From an uncultured Acidimicrobiia bacterium (GTDB lineage Bacteria; Actinomycetota; Acidimicrobiia; Acidimicrobiales; JAHEJN01), in contig CAXMUI010000026.1 of assembly GCA_964196475.1 (NCBI GenBank), forward strand, positions 1,058 through 65,057: a stretch of 64,000 bases of DNA, read 5' to 3'. Positions 18,154-26,457 of the stretch are shown piece after piece. The notes beneath the pieces were generated by a model. It did not search any database and had not been told where the DNA came from. It saw only the letters and a program-made list of their open reading frames with translations. The translations under genes were made by a program, and so were the position numbers. Positions within the stretch are counted from its first letter, which is position 1; every line of letters begins with the position of its first letter.

Positions 18154-19443
18154 ATGGGACTCGAACGCCCCGAACCCGGTTCATCAATGAACGAAGCGGA
18201 GATGGAGTCTTACCGCGACGGGTTCATGGCGCACCTCGCCCAGACCGTGCCGGGACGCAAGGAACTCGTGGTCGAACAGGCACGAGGCTGCACGATCAAG
18301 ATGGCCGACGGTCACCTATATCTCGATTTCATCTCCGGTATCGCAGTCGCCAATATTGGCCACAGCCATCCGAAGGTCGTGGCCGCGGTGCAGGAACAGA
18401 TGGCCAACTACGCCCACGTAAATGTGTATGGCCGTTTTGCCCTCCCGCCGCAGGTGGAGATTGCCGAGCGGTTAGCACGAGTTGCTCCGGGCGATCTCGA
18501 TGTGGCCTTCCTCACCTCGACAGGCACCGAGGCCATCGAGGGCTCACTCAAACTGGCGCGCAAATACACCGGACGAAAACGATTCATCGCGTTTGAACGA
18601 GGATTCCATGGGCGTACTTTCGGGGCGTTGTCGGTGAGCTGGAAGCTGGCATACCGCGAGCCGTTCGAACCCCTCCTCGAAGGCGTTGACTTCGTTCCTT
18701 TCGACGATCTAGACGCCGTTGCCGCGATCATCGGCGACGACACAGCGGCCGTCATTATCGAGCCCATTCAGGGCGAAGGTGGCGTCCGCGTGCCCAGCGA
18801 CGACTTTCTTCCTGGACTTCGCAAGCTCTGCGACGACGCAGGAGCGCTGCTCATCTTCGATGAGGTGCAAGGAGCGATGGGCCGTACAGGTCATTGGTTC
18901 TCGTTCCAGTTATGGGATGTTGTCCCCGACATCGTCGTTTTGGCGAAGGCCTTCGGTGGCGGGCTCCCACTCGGAGCGTTTCTGTCGACAAGCGACATCT
19001 TCTCCACGTTCCTCGATCCGCCGTTGTCGCATCTGACCACGTTCGGTGGTAATCCAGTGGCCTGTGCTGCGGCTGTTGCGGCCTTCGACGTTATTGAGGA
19101 GGAAGATCTTCTCGCAGCGGCGCAACAAAAGGGAATCGAACTCAAGCGTCGCCTCGAGACGACAATGGAGCAGTTCCCGGAGTTCATCTCTGATGTGCGC
19201 GGCCGTGGCCTTTGGTTGGCTATCGACCTCCCACCAGATCTCAGTATGCCGATCGTGCGCGAGATGGAACGTCGCGGGGTCATCGTTGGAGCGATGTTGA
19301 GTTCTGACGGCACCGTGAGGATCGCCCCGCCCCTCACCGTCGCCGAGGCGGAACTCGATGTCTTCATCGGCGTACTCCGGGCATCGCTTCTCGCCGCTCG
19401 GGCCGGCAAACTCCCGGAACAGGCAGACGAAACAGACACGTAG
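18154..19443 (+). CDS. class III PLP aminotransferase (omega-amino acid / acetylornithine type)
   Basis: Start trimmed to the ATG at 18154 with an AGGAG RBS at 18144. LIFDEVQGAMGRTGHWF and the Schiff-base region DIVVLAKAFGGGLP are present. Confidence 0.85.
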   Translation: MGLERPEPGSSMNEAEMESYRDGFMAHLAQTVPGRKELVVEQARGCTIKMADGHLYLDFISGIAVANIGHSHPKVVAAVQEQMANYAHVNVYGRFALPPQVEIAERLARVAPGDLDVAFLTSTGTEAIEGSLKLARKYTGRKRFIAFERGFHGRTFGALSVSWKLAYREPFEPLLEGVDFVPFDDLDAVAAIIGDDTAAVIIEPIQGEGGVRVPSDDFLPGLRKLCDDAGALLIFDEVQGAMGRTGHWFSFQLWDVVPDIVVLAKAFGGGLPLGAFLSTSDIFSTFLDPPLSHLTTFGGNPVACAAAVAAFDVIEEEDLLAAAQQKGIELKRRLETTMEQFPEFISDVRGRGLWLAIDLPPDLSMPIVREMERRGVIVGAMLSSDGTVRIAPPLTVAEAELDVFIGVLRASLLAARAGKLPEQADETDT

Positions 19444-19504
19444 TATCTCTCAGAGCGCCAGTTGGGTGGCCCGAGTCCGTAGCCGGCCGACCCTCACCTG
19501 CCAA

Positions 19505-21856
19505 TCAGGTTGCGGGTATGTCGGTGATGGCAGTGAGTGCGGCGTTGACGATGTTCCCGGCGGAGATTCCGGTAATTTCGTGGAGGTCGGCGATGGTTCC
19601 GGATTCTCCGAAGCGGTCGACGCCAAGCGCGTATTGTTTGGTGCCGATGGCCGAGCCGATCCAGGCCAGGCTGTGGCTTGCGGCGTCGTGCACGCTCACG
19701 ATGGGTCGAGTTCGTTCGGTGGCGGGGATCAGTCGGTGAAGGTGACTGGGTGCTCGCACATTTGACCCGGATGCCAGGGCTTCGCTGTAGGTGGCATGCC
19801 AGTTGGTGTAGGCCCTGTCGGGGCTGGTCAAGTGGATAACGGTGGCCTGTACCCCTTCGTTGTCAAGCTCTTTGGCAGCGGCGATGGCTTCGACGGTCAT
19901 GACGCCGGTAGTGACGATGGTGACTGCTGGGCGGCCGTCTTCGGGCCCGTCGATTAGGCGGTATCCGCCCGCAAGAACGTGGGTGCGGAGTTGTTGCTCA
20001 CCGTGGCGTTCGAGCGCGTTGGCGAACGGTTTCTGGTCGATCGGACGGGTGGAAAGTCGAAGGTAGGTGCTTGTCCCGTTCGTCTCCGACAATTGTTTGA
20101 TGGCGTCACAGAGCAGCCAATCGACCTCGGTTGCATAAGCAGGTTCGGCGTAGTGCAAGTTCGGGAGTTCGGCTCCGACGGACGCGGTAATTGTGGACTG
20201 GTGGGCGCCGCCTTCGGGGGCAAGGGTGACACCAGCGGGAGTCCCAGCGACGATGAATCGGGCGTCGTTGTAGACGCCGTAGATGAGGGCGTCGAGGCCA
20301 CGGAGCACAAACGGGTCATAGACCGTCCCGATCGGGATGAGGTGTTCGCCATGGTGATCGTGGCTTAAGCCGAGCTGGCCCAGCAGCATGAACAGGTTCA
20401 TCTCGGAAATGCCGAGCTCGATGTGTTGCCCCGTGGGTCCAGGCGCCCATTTGAGAAGCTGGTTCTCACCACCGTGGGTGTTGACGTGATCCGGGGCGTA
20501 GACGCCTCGCTTGTTGATCCAGCCTCCAAGATTCGTCGAGATAGAGACGTCGGGAGCGGTGGTAACAATTCGGGGGCCAACGCTGGGGTCATCAGCGAGG
20601 CTTGCGAGTACGCGTCCGAAGGACTCTTGCGATGACGGCGAACCATTGGTCACAATTGGCCGAGCGTTCATTGCCAGCGCGGGACGAGGGCGGCTCGCTG
20701 GTTTAGCGTTGTTAATCTGCCCACCGACCAAGTCGCAGAGAAGCCCCGGGTCGGATTGCGGCGAGAACCGGTCCCATTCGGTGTCATCAGTGAGGCCGGC
20801 TTCGGCGCGCAGCGTGTTGATCTGTTCGGGCGCCATCAGCGCTGCGTGATTCATGGGGTCGCCGGCCATGGGAAGACCCCAACCTTTGATCGTGTAGGCA
20901 AAGACGACCGACGGTTGGTCTTGGTGTTTGTCGCACTCGGCATAGGTGTCGACCAACATGCCAAGGTCGTGGCCACCGAGATCCGTGACGAGTGTTTTCA
21001 GCGCATCATCTTCGTAGTTTGCGGCGAACCGTCTGACAGCAGGGTCGGCACCGTCGAGCAGTTTGGTCCGGGCATCCGTGGGGCTTAGGGCGAACAGTGA
21101 CTGGTACTGCTCGTTGGGCATTTCGTCGATGCGGGCGCCGAGCGCGTCACCGTCGGGGTCACGAAACGCCTGCTGCAGTCGGCTTCCATATTTTGCTTCC
21201 GCCACATGCCAACCGGCGTCTCCAAAGAACCGCTTTAGCCGCTCGGCCGCGATCTCTGGGATCACGCGATCGAGGCTTTGTCGATTCAGATCCACCACCA
21301 TCGTAAAATTGCCGAGTCCCTTGGTCGCTGGGTCAGCGATTGCCTCCCACACGTTTCCCTCGTCCAGTTCCGCGTCGCCCACCAAAGCAAAGAAGCGCGC
21401 CGGGTCGCGCTCGCCGAAGTGCGAGTCGACGTAACGCCTAGTCAGCGCACTGAACAGAGGGGCCACGGCTCCTAGACCGACCGAACCGGTCGAAAAGTCC
21501 GCCACATCAGGGTCCTTTGTCCGAGATGGGTAGGCCTGCAACCCACCTCGTTGACGCAGGGTCGTGAGGTAGGACTGGTCGAGTTCGCCGGTCAGATACT
21601 TGATGGCGTGGTACACCGGGGAAGCGTGCGGTTTCACCGCCACCTTGTCCTCGCCCCCGATGTGGCCAAACCACAATGCTGTCATGATCGAAACTATCGA
21701 CGCGCACGATGCCTGGTGTCCGCCGACCTTGACCTCGCCACTGCGCTGGTTGGCGACATCGATCATTCGGCTAGCGATCCATAGCACGCGACGCTCAATA
21801 TCGCGCAGCGTGTCGAGATCGCGCGGCGTGCCTGTAGCAAGATTTTGACTACTCAT
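19505..21856 (-). CDS. ThDP-dependent 2-oxoacid dehydrogenase E1 / transketolase-like protein (homodimeric AceE-like, short form)
   Basis: 783 aa. The N-terminal LRDIERRVLWIASRMIDVANQR...KVGGHQASCAS resembles AceE-type E1. Includes a GDAELDEGNVWEA ThDP region. No E2 or E3 genes lie nearby. Confidence 0.75.
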   Translation of the reverse strand: MSSQNLATGTPRDLDTLRDIERRVLWIASRMIDVANQRSGEVKVGGHQASCASIVSIMTALWFGHIGGEDKVAVKPHASPVYHAIKYLTGELDQSYLTTLRQRGGLQAYPSRTKDPDVADFSTGSVGLGAVAPLFSALTRRYVDSHFGERDPARFFALVGDAELDEGNVWEAIADPATKGLGNFTMVVDLNRQSLDRVIPEIAAERLKRFFGDAGWHVAEAKYGSRLQQAFRDPDGDALGARIDEMPNEQYQSLFALSPTDARTKLLDGADPAVRRFAANYEDDALKTLVTDLGGHDLGMLVDTYAECDKHQDQPSVVFAYTIKGWGLPMAGDPMNHAALMAPEQINTLRAEAGLTDDTEWDRFSPQSDPGLLCDLVGGQINNAKPASRPRPALAMNARPIVTNGSPSSQESFGRVLASLADDPSVGPRIVTTAPDVSISTNLGGWINKRGVYAPDHVNTHGGENQLLKWAPGPTGQHIELGISEMNLFMLLGQLGLSHDHHGEHLIPIGTVYDPFVLRGLDALIYGVYNDARFIVAGTPAGVTLAPEGGAHQSTITASVGAELPNLHYAEPAYATEVDWLLCDAIKQLSETNGTSTYLRLSTRPIDQKPFANALERHGEQQLRTHVLAGGYRLIDGPEDGRPAVTIVTTGVMTVEAIAAAKELDNEGVQATVIHLTSPDRAYTNWHATYSEALASGSNVRAPSHLHRLIPATERTRPIVSVHDAASHSLAWIGSAIGTKQYALGVDRFGESGTIADLHEITGISAGNIVNAALTAITDIPAT

Positions 21857-22117
21857 TCACTGTTCCGTCTGCTTCGAGGTAGCCCCTGAGTGCTTTCCCA
21901 CCATAGAAGCACAACGCAGGTTGCGACACTCTTGTCTCGATCGGCGGGATCCAGTCCAACCACACCGGTCAAGTCACCGGCGTTGCGTGTCACCTCGGAC
22001 TGAAGGCGGTGACGGTGCCGGAAGGGTGGGGTTGACTACAAGTGTCATCTTTTCCGGCTAGTCACAGGTTTAACTGCATCACAATCTGAGCTGTGCTACT
22101 TTCGAAAACACCCAGGA

Positions 22118-23131
22118 ATGGAGACGTCAATGGAGACAAGCCGTCGAAACTGGACCACCAAACTTGCGGCATTTATGTTGCTGCTCGCCGTGTTAACTAT
22201 GGCGGGCAAGTGCGATCCCGATGATGATGACGACGACGACGTTGTCGAGACCGACGATATTTCTGTTCCGACGGACGAAGACATCACGGTGACCGATGAG
22301 CCCGGCGATGTCTCGGTTTCGGATGACGATACCGGTGCCGACGAGACGTCGGATGGGCCGGAAACCGAGCTGACGGCCACCGCTGTGCCAGAAGTGCAGG
22401 TGCAGTCTTGGGGCACTCTTCCCGTGGAATCGACGCTGAATTTGGTCGGCGAAACCTCTGCGCTCGCCGACTGTCCGTATGCGGCGGACCCTGTCATAGA
22501 CGTGCCAGTGAGCCTTGCCACATCACCACGGGGAGCGTCAGGATTCGCCTCGATTCCAGGCTTGGCGAGCGCGCGTATGTATTTTGGTGATGGGGCCATT
22601 GAGGGCGACAGCTTTCCGGTCCACACGGAAGTCGACGGCGAGCCTTTCACCGAACAAAGCCATATCGAAGTGAGCGAAGTTTCCTCTAGCGGATTTGTGA
22701 TGGATTGGCGTCGGTACCGGGTGTCGGGCGACGTCGAAACGGTCGATCCTTCAGGTTTGGAATGTCAGGAAGGTCTCTCGGTGTTCTTCCGCCCTGTCGA
22801 TTTGGCGCTCTTTCAACTGATGCTCGATCAGCCTGCCTTGGACATGGAGGTGGGTGGCGTTGACAACTGGTCATGTTCAGCTACATCGGACTCAGTCGGT
22901 ATTGCCGGGACAGCGACCGAACTTCCTCCGGGAAGCCTCGTGACAGTCACACTGGTGATAAGCGGCGAAGATGGATCCAGTGATCCTGTCGAGGTCGAAG
23001 CGGTGGTCCAGGAGGACGGCACTTTTCTGGCCCCATTTGATATCGACGGCGTAACCGGCGAGGTTTCGATCAGCGCTCGACACGGCGTGTATTCGTTGGG
23101 CGGAAATTTCTTTGAAACCTGTAACTCTTAG
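22118..23131 (+). CDS. secreted/lipoprotein-like acidic hypothetical protein
   Basis: 337 aa. Signal-anchor AAFMLLLAVLTMAGKC is followed by a poly-Asp run and an Asp/Glu/Thr-rich linker. No family recognised. Confidence 0.6.
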   Translation: METSMETSRRNWTTKLAAFMLLLAVLTMAGKCDPDDDDDDDVVETDDISVPTDEDITVTDEPGDVSVSDDDTGADETSDGPETELTATAVPEVQVQSWGTLPVESTLNLVGETSALADCPYAADPVIDVPVSLATSPRGASGFASIPGLASARMYFGDGAIEGDSFPVHTEVDGEPFTEQSHIEVSEVSSSGFVMDWRRYRVSGDVETVDPSGLECQEGLSVFFRPVDLALFQLMLDQPALDMEVGGVDNWSCSATSDSVGIAGTATELPPGSLVTVTLVISGEDGSSDPVEVEAVVQEDGTFLAPFDIDGVTGEVSISARHGVYSLGGNFFETCNS

Positions 23132-23220
23132 CTGAGGCATGTTGCTACTGGCCACGCCGCTGTAGTGATGCCGGTCGCGCGACAACACAAATAACGCGCC
23201 GATGATGAGCATGGTCCATA

Positions 23221-23631
23221 ATGGGCGCTACGAACTCATCCACTTGCCAGGAGACACCCATGGAACGCGGAAATCAGCCATCAAACACACCAGGATCATC
23301 TACCCCCGGTGAGGGGCCAACCACTGACCCTGCCGCAACCGGCGGAGCGGGTGGCGGAGCATCCACCGTCGGGGGTGCTGATGAGCCTGAGGTCAGTTGG
23401 GACGATATTGACTTTGACCAAGTGGAAGAGGGACCTGATGGCAACTTGCGAGCCCCATTCGTAGATCCCGATTCGGGTGAAATTGTAGGTTGGGCGGAGG
23501 CAACAGTAACAGAGGGTGGGGGCGGCGCTCTCGGGCCGGACGATTTCCATATGCAAGACACGGCTGACGGAATCATTATTCGGCGTGGCGACGGCACGTG
23601 GAGCTTGGATCCGTACCCGAGCGCCGAATGA
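23221..23631 (+). CDS. small acidic hypothetical protein
   Basis: 136 aa with a Gly/Pro/Thr-rich N-terminus and an acidic C-terminal domain. Ends 13 nt before the next gene. No family recognised. An alternative start is the ATG at 23260. Confidence 0.5.
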   Translation: MGATNSSTCQETPMERGNQPSNTPGSSTPGEGPTTDPAATGGAGGGASTVGGADEPEVSWDDIDFDQVEEGPDGNLRAPFVDPDSGEIVGWAEATVTEGGGGALGPDDFHMQDTADGIIIRRGDGTWSLDPYPSAE

Positions 23632-23644
23632 CAAGGGTCGAGTA

Positions 23645-26083
23645 ATGGGGGCGAGACGGCGTCCAACGAACACAGTTTTATCGGTCGGAATCGAGCACGA
23701 GTTCGTTGTTACCCGCGCCGGCGAGCAGATCGATTTTCGTAACCTTGTGGCCGAGGGCAAGGTGCCGGGCATTCGTATTGACCCCGGAGACCGCAATGCC
23801 TTTCGTACGCCGACCGGACTTGCAATCACCGCCGACGGCGCCGAAGCAGAATATGCCAGTCCTCCGGTCGAGGTAGCGGCCGGATTCGTTGCTGAGGTGC
23901 TTGCGTGGGCTGCAACGGGTGGCTCTTTGGTTGGAAATGTTGTTGGCACCGACGCACAGTTGGAGGGTGTCTCTAGCCACATTTCAGTAACCGTTCCGTT
24001 TGGTAAAGAAAGCGATGTGGCCCGGCGGTTTGCACGTACGTTCGCGCCCGCCCTGATGTTGCTTACCGACAGCAATGAGTCACCCGGGCTATTGGTCCGT
24101 CCCAGGTATGGCCGGGTCGAGTTGGGTACCGACTACGCCATTGGGGATTCACTTGCCGCTGCGCTGGTAGTTGCTGTTGGTGGTGTAGTGGCTTGCACCT
24201 CTGATTCGTTCGATTTGCCCACGCTCCAGGTCGATCTGGAGCCCGCGGTGGATCGGTTTGGTTGGTATGTCGACCGCACCGCATTTGGCGGTGACCTCTA
24301 CGACTTGGGGCGTGACTGTAGTCTTCGATCAACGAACAGCGAGCAGGTGTCCGCTCAAGACCACCTCGAACGGTGCTGGAAATTGGCCCAAGATTCGTTG
24401 CTTGGGTTGGTTGGGCCCGATGACCTCGTCGCCGCATTTGATTTGGTCAGCGGGATGGCCTCGCTTCCTTGTGAGACAGCACACAATCGGCTTCCCGCCT
24501 CAGGCGCGTTGGCGCCCTTCGCTCCCGAAAGCCTTACGACCAGCGCCATTAAGCGGCCAAATTTTGTGCTCAATGCGGTAGTCGGAACCTGGGCGTATAC
24601 CGTTTTTGAGATCGCCGGGCCAAGACAAATGTACGTGTCGGTGCCGCGCCCATGTCTGGCGGACTTCTGCCAACAGGCCGTAGACGGTGAGCTGGATGCC
24701 ATTGTTGGTGCGCGTATGGCCAAGAGGTCTAGTGGCCAACTACTTGAACGGTTTGAGCATGGTTCAAAGAAGGTCGCCTACTTCGATGGAATCGGTGGAT
24801 GGGAGTCACTCGCTCCACCCGAACCGCGTCGTGACGGAATCATGCGCGTGGCGGCGACAACCTCGTCGGGGTCACCAACCTCGGGTCTCGGTGCCGCGGC
24901 TACCGAAGGCACAGCACCAGGGTCAGGTTCAGTAATCGCCATTGTTGGTGGCGGTGACGAGCCGCCGGCTCGGCCGTCGAAGTTTCTCCCACCAATCGAA
25001 GAGGAAGTCATCATTGGTGGCTTCCCGTGGCGCTGGATTATCGGCAGCCTCATCGGTATTGGTGTGATCATCGCGCTTATTTCGCTAATTGGCGGCGGCG
25101 GTGAACAGGAGATCGAAATCGTTACGCCTCCGGTGCCAACAGCCGAACAGGAGGCCACGGCAGTTCCCGAACCTACCGAGGTTCCTACTGTGGAGCCGAC
25201 TAGTGTGCCGAGCCCTACGGCTACCGCCGTTCCGTGGGTGCCGCCTGAGCAGTACGCTCCGGCGGTTTCGGTTCTTCGGGGTGCCTTTGTGGATGATTCG
25301 CTCAGTCGGTCGCTGGTGGGGGGAAGCTTCGAGGATGGAATGTTTGATTGGGTTTACAGCAGCAGCGACTACATCGCCGGAAATCCCGGTGGTGATGTTG
25401 ATCTTTGGGATGTCGGTGCCGGGCAATTTCCTGTGACGAGGGGTTGGGCCGACACGGTCTTTAACCAAAGCGTCTTTGAGTGTGGTGAGACCACGTCGTT
25501 GGGTACCACGGTTTGTGGGAGCGGCGATGATGTTGGAGAAGGCGAAATGATTGTTACTTTGCAGGTGCTTTCGGGACCGGTAGCCGGTGAGGACTGGACC
25601 TATCAGTACGCCGCCGTATTCGATGCCGACAATTCACCTGCCAATAATTGGCAGCCCCAAGGAATGTTTGACTGGGACTACTTCCAGGGCACCGACACGT
25701 GGTTTGTCATCGATTATGCGCAAGGCCAATGGTCCGGCGGCGTGTATGGGGGAAGCTTTAGCAACCCGGTTGCGTCGGCATTTCGTGCGGTAATTCTTGA
25801 CAACGTGATCGTGTGGTTTGTGCCCAAGAGCGAGGTCCCGCAGGCCCAGGGCGTCCAAGTGACCTCGTTTCGCCACGACGGCTCATTTGCACCCGAATTT
25901 TCTGGTGGCGATGTAGCCGGCGCCAACCCAACCGGACCGCTCATCGCCTTTATTGAATTAGATACACCCGGACCTGTTGACGTGCCAACACCGACCGATG
26001 AATCACCCGTCGATGATGGCGCCACGGCAGTAGAACCTGGTGAACCAATGGTTGAAGTGCAGACCACAGACTCCACTGAGTAG
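23645..26083 (+). CDS. single-pass membrane protein: cytoplasmic GCS2/amidoligase-like domain, TM helix, Pro/Thr/Glu linker, extracytoplasmic domain of unknown fold
   Basis: Start trimmed to the ATG at 23645. N-terminal LSVGIEHEF, EAEYASPP and SSHISV fall in the order and spacing of carboxylate-amine-ligase strand motifs. The TM helix WRWIIGSLIGIGVIIALISLIGG lies at ~25024-25098. Confidence 0.65.
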   Translation: MGARRRPTNTVLSVGIEHEFVVTRAGEQIDFRNLVAEGKVPGIRIDPGDRNAFRTPTGLAITADGAEAEYASPPVEVAAGFVAEVLAWAATGGSLVGNVVGTDAQLEGVSSHISVTVPFGKESDVARRFARTFAPALMLLTDSNESPGLLVRPRYGRVELGTDYAIGDSLAAALVVAVGGVVACTSDSFDLPTLQVDLEPAVDRFGWYVDRTAFGGDLYDLGRDCSLRSTNSEQVSAQDHLERCWKLAQDSLLGLVGPDDLVAAFDLVSGMASLPCETAHNRLPASGALAPFAPESLTTSAIKRPNFVLNAVVGTWAYTVFEIAGPRQMYVSVPRPCLADFCQQAVDGELDAIVGARMAKRSSGQLLERFEHGSKKVAYFDGIGGWESLAPPEPRRDGIMRVAATTSSGSPTSGLGAAATEGTAPGSGSVIAIVGGGDEPPARPSKFLPPIEEEVIIGGFPWRWIIGSLIGIGVIIALISLIGGGGEQEIEIVTPPVPTAEQEATAVPEPTEVPTVEPTSVPSPTATAVPWVPPEQYAPAVSVLRGAFVDDSLSRSLVGGSFEDGMFDWVYSSSDYIAGNPGGDVDLWDVGAGQFPVTRGWADTVFNQSVFECGETTSLGTTVCGSGDDVGEGEMIVTLQVLSGPVAGEDWTYQYAAVFDADNSPANNWQPQGMFDWDYFQGTDTWFVIDYAQGQWSGGVYGGSFSNPVASAFRAVILDNVIVWFVPKSEVPQAQGVQVTSFRHDGSFAPEFSGGDVAGANPTGPLIAFIELDTPGPVDVPTPTDESPVDDGATAVEPGEPMVEVQTTDSTE

Positions 26084-26218
26084 GCCATCCGGTCCTTTAT
26101 TCCCGACTTTGATGCGGCCTAACAGACAGGCGATCTGGATTTCCTGGTTACGCACCTCGACCCACTCGTCGTTGAGCGCTATGACGCTACGCAATGTGCT
26201 GGCTATGTTGAATCGATT

Positions 26219-26398
26219 ATGGACCCCCAGGAAATCTCCTACGACACCGACGGACTCTCAACCTTGATCCCGGATGGTGGGTACCGTTTGGAGTTGAACT
26301 TCGATGCCGACGACACCCGAAGTACCGCAACACCGTCGCACCGCATGGTCGATGACACCGTTCGCTGGTTCACCGACTGCGGCGAGATCTCCCCATAA
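26219..26398 (+). CDS. possible unannotated small ORF (59 aa, below the ORF-track cutoff)
   Basis: MDPQEISYDTDGLSTLIPDGGYRLELNFDADDTRSTATPSHRMVDDTVRWFTDCGEISP. The third codon position is GC-enriched like the neighbouring genes. No RBS or homology was checked. Confidence 0.3.
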   Translation: MDPQEISYDTDGLSTLIPDGGYRLELNFDADDTRSTATPSHRMVDDTVRWFTDCGEISP

Positions 26399-26457
26399 AT
26401 TGACTTCGCAGAAACTTTCGATTGACGGGACGCGGTCCACGATATAGACACTGGTGA

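Noticed and set aside
22096-22650. 184-aa Ser/Thr-rich minus-strand ORF
   Set aside because: It is the antisense shadow of the Asp/Glu-rich region of the plus-strand secreted protein. It has no signal of its own and overlaps the plus-strand gene start.
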